DNA from: Alkalilimnicola ehrlichii MLHE-1
Lineage (GTDB): Bacteria > Pseudomonadota > Gammaproteobacteria > Nitrococcales > Halorhodospiraceae
Length of the DNA: 32,000 nt
NCBI RefSeq assembly: GCF_000014785.1
Contig: NC_008340.1
Span: 1,470,001 to 1,502,000 of the forward strand
Direction of reading: 5' to 3'
In this document: positions 25,934-32,000 of the stretch, one piece after another
Layout: each line of letters begins with the position of its first letter
Position numbering within the stretch: the stretch's first letter is position 1
Made by a program: the position numbers and the translations under genes
The notes under the pieces: generated by a model
The model's database searches: none
What the model was told of the DNA's origin: nothing
The model's input: the letters and a program-made list of their open reading frames with translations, nothing else

Positions 25934-27207
25934 GCCGGCGCCCGCCGTGGGTTGGGCCGGCCGATGGCCTGGGTGCTGCCCAGATAGGCCTCCATCAGCC
26001 GGGTGGGGTCGGTTTGCAGGCGCTTCTTCCAGGGGCCCAGCCGGACCTGTCCTTCGATCAGCCCGCGCAGGACGCCCACGTGCTCGGTCAGGCCGAGACT
26101 GTTGGCGCCGACGAGGAGGTCGTCCTGGAATTGCAGCCGCAGGTAGCGGTACCGCTCCCGATCGAGCAGGGCGACACTGTCACCGCCGTCCACGCCCTCC
26201 CATTGACCGAAGGAGGTGGAGATCAGCCCCAGGGTGTCGAGCACGTTCATCAGCAGGCTGCCGTGGTAGCGGCGGTCGCGGCCGGCCATGTTGCTGGCCG
26301 CGACCTGGCCGTGGTCCACCGAGGTGGGCTGCACGGCGTGCACCGACCAGCCGCCGGTGGAGAAGTCCGGCCCCTGAGCGACGTCCCCGGCGGCATAGAT
26401 GCCCGCCCGGTTGGTGCACAAGCGGTGGTCCACCCGGATGCCCTGGTCTATCTCCAGTCCTGAGCCTTCCAGAAAGGCGGTGTTGCTGCGGACGCCGGCC
26501 GACACGATAACCAGGTCTGCCGGGAGCTGTTCACCGCCGTCCAGGACCACCGCCAGCGGGTGATCGCCGGGGCCGTCATCGACACCGGTCACGGTGGTGC
26601 TGGTGCGTACGCTGACGCCCCGTTGCTCGCACCAGCGGCGGATGAGGTCGCCGGCCTCCGCGTCCATCATCCGCGGGACCATCCGGTCGCCCTGTTCCAC
26701 CACCGTGAGCTGCGTGCCGCGCTTGACCAGCGCCTCCAGGATGATCGAGCCGATGAAGCCGGCGCCGATCAACACCACCCGGGCGTCCTGGCGCGCCCGC
26801 TGGAGGATCGCGCGGGCGTCCGCCAGTGTCCAGCAGGTATGGACCCCCTCGCGTTCCATGCCGGGCAGCGGAGGGATGACGGGCGACGAGCCGGTGGCTA
26901 GCAACAGGCGGTCAAAACCCAGCGACTGGCCGTCGGCCAGGCTCAGGCGGCGCTGGTCCGGGTCGAGTCCGGTCACCATGGCCTGGCGCACCTCGATGCG
27001 CTGGCGCTCAAAATGGTCCTGTTGCTTGCGCAGCCAGGTACCGGACTCCGGTATCTGATCCACCAGGTAGTAGGGGATCGCCATCCGCGAGTAGGGCGGC
27101 TCCGGTTCGCCGGTGAGCAGCCGGATGTCGGCCTGCGGGTCCAGCTTGCGCAGCCGCTCTGCGGCCACCACGCCCGCCGGACCGGCGCCTACGATCACGT
27201 GTTCCAT
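25930..27207 (-). CDS. NAD(P)/FAD-dependent oxidoreductase, putative AOR redox partner
   Basis: N-terminal HVIVGAGPAGVVAAERLRKLDP, VVLIGAGFIGSIILEALVKRG, GIYAAGDVAQG. Four-base overlap with the MoaD-like gene. Confidence 0.88.
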   Translation of the reverse strand: MEHVIVGAGPAGVVAAERLRKLDPQADIRLLTGEPEPPYSRMAIPYYLVDQIPESGTWLRKQQDHFERQRIEVRQAMVTGLDPDQRRLSLADGQSLGFDRLLLATGSSPVIPPLPGMEREGVHTCWTLADARAILQRARQDARVVLIGAGFIGSIILEALVKRGTQLTVVEQGDRMVPRMMDAEAGDLIRRWCEQRGVSVRTSTTVTGVDDGPGDHPLAVVLDGGEQLPADLVIVSAGVRSNTAFLEGSGLEIDQGIRVDHRLCTNRAGIYAAGDVAQGPDFSTGGWSVHAVQPTSVDHGQVAASNMAGRDRRYHGSLLMNVLDTLGLISTSFGQWEGVDGGDSVALLDRERYRYLRLQFQDDLLVGANSLGLTEHVGVLRGLIEGQVRLGPWKKRLQTDPTRLMEAYLGSTQAIGRPNPRRAPA

Positions 27208-27223
27208 GGTTCCTCTCCCCGAC

Positions 27224-29074
27224 CTACAGGCGCAGTCGCTGACGGGTGGTCTCGCTAACCTGGCCGTCCGGTGTCCAGCCGCGGATCTCGTAATAGCGGG
27301 GCAGCATCTCGCCCAGGTCGTTGGCCCGGCCCTTGGCCGGCCCGACTTTCGCCGCCTCCTTGAGCAGGCGTTTGGGCAGGGTGTCGTCCGCCCCGGTCAG
27401 ACCGGCGCGGTTGTTGAAGTCACGCTCCAGGTTCCAGATCCGTTCGCCCATCTCCAGCAACCGCTCGGTGTCCCAGCCGCCGCCGCAGGCGGCGTCGATC
27501 TGCGGGGCAATGTCGTCGGGGGTCCAGGCGAAGGTGGTGAACAGGCACAGCCCGGAGGAGTCCACCATGGCGGCCGCGTCCTGGAAGGCCTTCACCAGCT
27601 TCGGTTTGCCCTCGGTGGTGAGCGGATCGGTCTTCTCGGGGATACCCAGCACCTCGGAGGAGACGGTATAGCCGCGGAGGTGGCAGGCACCCCGGTTGGA
27701 GGTGGCGTAGGCCAGCCCCATGCCCTGAATGCCGCGCGGGTCGTAGGCCGGAAACTCTTGGCCCTTTACCGTCATCGACAGTTCCGGTTGGCCGTACTTC
27801 TCGCAGAGCCGTTTCGAGCCCAGGCCCAGGTCCTTGCCAAAGCCCTCCCCGGCGGCCACCAGCTCGGCACAGCGGCTCAGCGCCTCGGCCGAGCCAAACC
27901 TCAATTGCAGCCCGTCCGTGTGGGCATCGGTGATGGCCCCGTTCTCGTAGAGCTCCATGGCGGCGGCGACGGTGGCGCCGAAGGAGATGGGATCGAAGCC
28001 ATCCTCATTGCAGAGGAAATTGGCGTAGGTCAGCGCCTCCAGGTCGTCCACACCGGTGTCCGAGCCCAGGGCCCAGGCCGCCTCGTACTCCAGCCCGCCG
28101 GAGTTACCCCAGTACTTGGGCTTGTGCTCGACGGTGAAGTGGCCGTTGTCGATGCGGCTGATGCGCCCGCAGGCGATGGTGCACCCAAAGCAGGCGGCAT
28201 TGGTGGTGAGGTTCGGGCGCTGGTCCGTGGGCCGGGGCTCATGCATGGCCTCTCCGGAGATCTTGTGGGCGCCCTCGAACTGCACCTCCCGCATGTTGCG
28301 GGTGGGCATGGCCCCCATCTCGTTGATGACGTTCATCAGCACCTGGGTGCCGTAGGTGGGCAACCCCTGGCCGGTGACCTCGTTGTCGGCGAGGATCTTC
28401 TTGCCCTGTTCGGTGGCCTGCAGGAAGCGCATCGGGTCGTGGATATTGCCCACCCCCCGGGTGCCGCGTACCGCCACCGCCTTCAGCCCCTTGGCCGCCA
28501 TCACCGTGCCCACGCCGGAGCGGCCGGCAGCGCGGTGCAGGTCATTGATGACGCCCGCATAGAGGCAGCCGGCCTCGGCGGATCGACCCACACAGGCGAT
28601 GCGCAGCTCCGGGTCCTGGTGCATGCGGTGGAGCTCGGCGTCGGTGTCCCATACCGATTTGCCCCATAAGGTCTCCGCCGGTCGCAACTCGGCCCTGTCG
28701 TCCTCCAGGTAGAGGTAGACCGGGGTAGCGGAGGCGCCCTCGAAGATGATCATGTCCCAGCCGGCCATCTTGATCTCGGCACCGATGAAGCCCCCCGAGT
28801 TGGAACAGGCGATGGCGCCGGTGAGCGGGCTCTTGGTGACGACGGAGTAGCGCCCGCCGGTGGAGGCCATGGTGCCGGTGAGCGGACCGGTGGCCATGAT
28901 CAGCTTGTTCTCCGGGCCCAGGGCATCGCAGGCGGGGTCAATCTCCTCATAGAGATACTTGCTCGCCAGGCCGCGCTGCCCGAGGTAGTCCCGGGCCCAG
29001 TCCATGTTTAGGGGTTCCGGGCTGATCTCGCCGGCGGTGAGATTGACCCGGAGGATCTTGCCTGCCCAAGCCAT
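27224..29074 (-). CDS. Tungsten-type aldehyde:ferredoxin oxidoreductase
   Basis: GKILRVNLTAGEI...YLGQRGLASKYLYEEIDP, ATGPLTGTMASTGGRYSVVTKSPLTGAIACSNSGGFIGAEIKMAGWDMIIFEG, FeS ligands CFGCTIACG plus distal DSSGLC motif. ATG at 29074. Confidence 0.94.
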   Translation of the reverse strand: MAWAGKILRVNLTAGEISPEPLNMDWARDYLGQRGLASKYLYEEIDPACDALGPENKLIMATGPLTGTMASTGGRYSVVTKSPLTGAIACSNSGGFIGAEIKMAGWDMIIFEGASATPVYLYLEDDRAELRPAETLWGKSVWDTDAELHRMHQDPELRIACVGRSAEAGCLYAGVINDLHRAAGRSGVGTVMAAKGLKAVAVRGTRGVGNIHDPMRFLQATEQGKKILADNEVTGQGLPTYGTQVLMNVINEMGAMPTRNMREVQFEGAHKISGEAMHEPRPTDQRPNLTTNAACFGCTIACGRISRIDNGHFTVEHKPKYWGNSGGLEYEAAWALGSDTGVDDLEALTYANFLCNEDGFDPISFGATVAAAMELYENGAITDAHTDGLQLRFGSAEALSRCAELVAAGEGFGKDLGLGSKRLCEKYGQPELSMTVKGQEFPAYDPRGIQGMGLAYATSNRGACHLRGYTVSSEVLGIPEKTDPLTTEGKPKLVKAFQDAAAMVDSSGLCLFTTFAWTPDDIAPQIDAACGGGWDTERLLEMGERIWNLERDFNNRAGLTGADDTLPKRLLKEAAKVGPAKGRANDLGEMLPRYYEIRGWTPDGQVSETTRQRLRL

Positions 29075-29075
29075 G

Positions 29076-29612
29076 TCACTGCCCTCCCGCGTTGCCGGGG
29101 TGGAAGGTTTCCACGGATTTTTCACGCGGTGCCTTGGTGTGGGTCGGTTGCGGCCGCGGGGCCTGATAGGCCCAGGCCCGCATGCGCTCCAGCCCGGCGG
29201 TATCCGCCGGCACCCAGGTGATGGCGCCGGTGGGGCAGGCCTTGGCGCACCAGGGGTCGCCGCCGCACAGGTCGCATTTGGCCACCTTGCCGCTCGCCTC
29301 CTCGTAGTTCACCGTGCCGAAGGGGCAAGCGATGGTGCAGACCTTGCAGCCGACACAGACATCCTCGTCCACCACCTTGGCCCCCGTATCCAGGTCCACC
29401 GTGATGGCCTCCACCGGGCAGCTGTGCATGCACCAGGCCTCGTCACACTGGGTACAGGTATAGGGCGCGAAGCTCCCCTCCTCATGAAAGGTGAACACCT
29501 TGACCCGGGAACGGGCCGGATTGAATGCGCCGGTGTTCTCATAGGAACAGGCCATCTCACACTGCAGGCAGCCGGTGCACAGGGCCGGCTCCAGTTTCAG
29601 GACATGCTGCAT
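29076..29612 (-). CDS. Four-cluster [4Fe-4S] ferredoxin-like subunit adjacent to AOR
   Basis: CTGCLQCEMACSYENTGAFNP, CTQCDEAWCMHSCPVEAI, CVGCKVCTIACPFG, CDLCGGDPWCAKACPTGAI. Confidence 0.92.
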   Translation of the reverse strand: MQHVLKLEPALCTGCLQCEMACSYENTGAFNPARSRVKVFTFHEEGSFAPYTCTQCDEAWCMHSCPVEAITVDLDTGAKVVDEDVCVGCKVCTIACPFGTVNYEEASGKVAKCDLCGGDPWCAKACPTGAITWVPADTAGLERMRAWAYQAPRPQPTHTKAPREKSVETFHPGNAGGQ

Positions 29613-29750
29613 TTCTGATCCCCTCGTCCACTGCGTATCAGGCGGGTGACGGTGCTTGTTTTCCGGGGCGCAGCATCAACGCCGCACGACTGAACCGCAT
29701 CTTAATCTGAAGAATGGAATAGAGGCCGGGGAAGTCAAGGCAGCACGCCG

Positions 29751-29772
29751 CGCACCGCCCGAGTGCGGTGCG
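29751..29772. repeat. Inverted repeat in the divergent AOR-cluster / folE intergenic region
   Basis: CGCACCGC (29751-29758), loop CCGAGT, GCGGTGCG (29765-29772). Confidence 0.6.
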
Positions 29773-29797
29773 GACGCGATCTGCAATCCGCGGTCGC

Positions 29798-29825
29798 TTG
29801 ACAGTTTGGCTCCCATCCTTATGCT
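29798..29825 (+). promoter_or_regulatory. Putative sigma-70-type promoter upstream of folE
   Basis: TTGACA (29798-29803), 16-nt spacer, TATGCT (29820-29825). Confidence 0.5.
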
Positions 29826-29841
29826 GTACAGATACTGTACA
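29825..29841. promoter_or_regulatory. Perfect palindrome TGTACAG-ATA-CTGTACA, candidate operator
   Basis: 7-bp perfect arms around a 3-nt centre, beginning at the last base of the putative -10 and ending 48 bp upstream of the folE start. Confidence 0.55.
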
Positions 29842-29889
29842 AGGGGCTGGGCACTCGACTGCCCCTCCGGCTTCCGGGGCGAGGACGAA

Positions 29890-30447
29890 ATGAGCGAGCG
29901 AATTGAAGCGGCCTACCGGCGAATCCTGCAGGACCTGGGCGAGGATCCCGACCGGGAGGGTCTGAAAGACACCCCGGCCCGGGCGGCGAAGGCCATGCGA
30001 TTCCTGACCAAGGGCTATCAGGAAGACCTGGACCAGGTGCTGAACGGTGCCGTGTTCAGCTCCGACAATGACGAGATGGTGATTGTCCGCAACATCGAGC
30101 TGTACTCCCTGTGCGAGCATCACCTGCTTCCCTTCATTGGCCGGGCGCACGTGGCCTACCTGCCGGATGGCAAGGTGATCGGCCTGTCCAAGGTGGCCCG
30201 CATCGTGGACATGTACGCCCGGCGCCTGCAGATCCAGGAGAACCTCACCCGCCAGATCGCACTGGCGGTGCAGCAGGTCACCGGCGGCAAGGGGGTGGCG
30301 GTCTATATCAATGCCCGGCATCTGTGCATGATGATGCGTGGGGTGGAGAAGCAGAATTCCGAGATGAGCACCTCGGTGATGCTCGGTGATTTCCGCGAGA
30401 ACCCCAAGACCCGCAACGAATTCCTGCAACTCATCCGCACCCCCTGA
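29890..30447 (+). CDS. folE: GTP cyclohydrolase I
   Basis: [56 protein letters not shown]...[28 protein letters not shown] at 29890; the track start 29656 is upstream of the promoter-like region. Confidence 0.97.
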   Translation: MSERIEAAYRRILQDLGEDPDREGLKDTPARAAKAMRFLTKGYQEDLDQVLNGAVFSSDNDEMVIVRNIELYSLCEHHLLPFIGRAHVAYLPDGKVIGLSKVARIVDMYARRLQIQENLTRQIALAVQQVTGGKGVAVYINARHLCMMMRGVEKQNSEMSTSVMLGDFRENPKTRNEFLQLIRTP

Positions 30448-30470
30448 GGCGATCGCCAAGGAGTCACCTG

Positions 30471-30860
30471 ATGGTCGAGAAGGAACCGGCCCTTATCCGG
30501 ATCAAGAACCTGCGCCTGAGGACCTATATCGGCTTCAAACCGGAGGAGCAGGAGAAGCTGCAGGACGTGGTGATCAACCTGGAGATCCGATACGACGCCC
30601 TGGCGGCGGCGGTGAGCGACAGCGTGGACAAGGCGCTGGATTACAAGCGGCTCACCAAGGAGATCATCGCCCATGTGGAGGGGCATCGGTTTCTGCTGCT
30701 GGAGAAGCTGGTCCACGATCTGTTGCAATTGGCGCTGGCCCACCCATTGGTGCAGGAGGTCGCCGTGGAGGTGGATAAGCCCCACGCCCTGCGTTTTGCG
30801 GATTCGGTGGCCCTGCGCATGACCGCCCGGCGCGACACCGCGGGTGCCGGCGTGGCTTGA
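30471..30860 (+). CDS. folX: Dihydroneopterin triphosphate 2'-epimerase / FolB-like protein
   Basis: IRIKNLRLRTYIGFKPEEQEKLQDVVINLEIRYD...DKALDYKRLTKEIIAHVEGHRFLLLEKLVHDLLQLAL...VEVDKPHALRFADSVALRM matches the FolX-type pattern. Confidence 0.9.
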   Translation: MVEKEPALIRIKNLRLRTYIGFKPEEQEKLQDVVINLEIRYDALAAAVSDSVDKALDYKRLTKEIIAHVEGHRFLLLEKLVHDLLQLALAHPLVQEVAVEVDKPHALRFADSVALRMTARRDTAGAGVA

Positions 30861-30872
30861 CCGCCCGCCCGG

Positions 30873-32000
30873 TCACGCGGCCGTGACCAGGCGGTTCTTG
30901 CCGGCCCGTTTGCCCTCATAAAGGGCGGCATCCGCCCGTTCCAGCAGCCGCGCGGCATTGTCCCCTGGCCGATGTGCGGTGGCGCCGGCGGTAGCCGTGA
31001 GGGTCAGGGGCGGGTGGCACGGCCCGGTCATCGGCCGGGAGGCCAGGTTGGTGAGCAGCCGGCGCCCCACAATCTCCGCCTCCTTGAGCCCGCGGTCGGG
31101 CAGGATGAGCAGGAACTCCTCCCCCCCATAGCGGCACACCGGATCGATGCCGCGTACCACCTCTTGCATCAGGTAGGCCAGGTGTTGCAGGGCGCGATCC
31201 CCCACTTGGTGGCCCCAGCGGTCGTTGAACGGCTTGAAGTCGTCCAGATCCAGCATCACTACGGCCAGCTCCCGCTGCCGGCGTTCGGCGTCCTCCACGG
31301 CACGGGCCAGGAATTCGTCCAGGTAGCGTCGGTTGTACAACCCGGTGAGACCATCGGTGTAGGCCGTCAGGCGCAGCTGCGCCTGCTCATTCAGCAGCGC
31401 CTCCCGCTCCGCCTGGAGCAGGCCGATGCGGTCGGCCAGGGCCAATGACAGGAGCACCGCCTGCAGGCTTACGCCGATCTGGAAGCCGTAGTACGTTACG
31501 AAGTGATGAGGGACCAGCCCCAGGCCGGCCAGTGTGAAGAGCAGGGCCCCCACCACCATGACGAGCCAGGCCAATAGCAGCCAGCGTGCGGGTGGGAAGT
31601 CATGGTCGCGGATTGCGCGCGCGGTGGCGAAGAGGTAGCTGGCCATGGCCAGCAGTCCGATGGCGCTGGCGTAAAGCAGTGTGGCATGGCCGGGAAGGCC
31701 CCAAGCCAGCGGGGCCAGGGCGAGGCTGCAGAGGGCGGCTATCGGCAACAGGCGATCCATTGCCGGGTCGCGTTGCTCGGTCATCAGGAAACGGCGGCAG
31801 AACCACATAGCGCTGGCGCAGCCCAGCGAAAGGGCGGTGAACATCAGCGCCTCGTTGAGCGCTATCCCCAGGCCGGGCCAGAACTCGTGGGTGAGCCCCT
31901 TCTGAAACACGAAGTAGCCGGCGAGGCCGAGAATGAAGCCGACGTACCAGAGGTAGCTCGCATCCCTGAGCCGGAATAGCAGGATGGTGTTGTAGGCCGC
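30873..32000 (-). CDS. Diguanylate cyclase with 7TMR-DISM-type membrane region, 5' end beyond the window
   Basis: GGDEF domain TDGLTGLYNRRYLDEFL...RYGGEEFLLILPD with GGEEF signature and an RxxD (RGID) five residues upstream. Reading frame stays open past the track start to base 32000 (AYNTILLFRLRDASYLWYVGFILGLAGYFVFQKGL), consistent with the 7TM region. Confidence 0.9.
   Translation of the reverse strand, partial: AAYNTILLFRLRDASYLWYVGFILGLAGYFVFQKGLTHEFWPGLGIALNEALMFTALSLGCASAMWFCRRFLMTEQRDPAMDRLLPIAALCSLALAPLAWGLPGHATLLYASAIGLLAMASYLFATARAIRDHDFPPARWLLLAWLVMVVGALLFTLAGLGLVPHHFVTYYGFQIGVSLQAVLLSLALADRIGLLQAEREALLNEQAQLRLTAYTDGLTGLYNRRYLDEFLARAVEDAERRQRELAVVMLDLDDFKPFNDRWGHQVGDRALQHLAYLMQEVVRGIDPVCRYGGEEFLLILPDRGLKEAEIVGRRLLTNLASRPMTGPCHPPLTLTATAGATAHRPGDNAARLLERADAALYEGKRAGKNRLVTAA

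Noticed and set aside
27113-28669. 518-aa plus-strand ORF antisense to AOR
   Set aside because: Fully covered by AOR and oxidoreductase genes with diagnostic motifs; the ORF has no domain-like pattern.
29824-29841. Possible LexA box at CTGTACAGATACTGTACA
   Set aside because: The CTG-N10-CAG spacing is not met; the bases at the required position are GTA.
29656-29889. N-terminal extension of folE in the track
   Set aside because: It covers the promoter-like region and encodes no conserved sequence; the FolE-like product begins at ATG 29890 with an RBS-like GAGG upstream.

Overview
This window is an ordinary-looking but metabolically coherent stretch of a high-GC proteobacterial chromosome. 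The gene content suggests a sulfur-oxidising gammaproteobacterium of Ectothiorhodospiraceae type (inference only). From left to right it contains: (1) a sulfur block with the C-terminal part of a flavocytochrome c sulfide dehydrogenase flavoprotein (FccB), a YeeE/YedE-type sulfur-compound transporter and a single-polypeptide SoxYZ-like carrier; (2) membrane proteins (DUF2189-like, CbiM-like, an uncharacterised one, a SpmA/SpmB fusion, a SLAC1/TehA-like channel) and a DUF349-like helical protein; (3) YqjG-type glutathione transferase, WrbA, MoeA, a DUF6494-like protein and MoaA; (4) a formate dehydrogenase locus: DUF3305-like, DUF3306-like, polyferredoxin, TorD-like chaperone, small Tat-signal protein, Cys-type FDH alpha, beta, small lipoprotein, gamma cytochrome b and DUF6505-like protein; (5) small membrane/hypothetical proteins, a YjbQ-family protein and tRNA-Ser(GGA); (6) a tungsten-type aldehyde:ferredoxin oxidoreductase module (ferredoxin, AOR, FAD oxidoreductase, MoaD-like, small unknown protein); (7) folE and folX; (8) a 7TMR-DISM/GGDEF diguanylate cyclase running off the right edge. 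I found no CRISPR array, transposase, prophage, toxin-antitoxin or defence system. The strongest non-coding signals are a perfect sigma-54 (-24/-12) promoter between the DUF3306-like gene and the FDH polyferredoxin gene, a perfect 17-bp palindrome at a putative promoter upstream of folE, and a perfect 12-bp-stem hairpin just upstream of the YeeE/YedE gene. I see no convincing wholly new system. The most follow-up-worthy items are the sigma-54 promoter with its FDH accessory set, the AOR module with its unknown small protein, and the divergent SoxYZ fusion.
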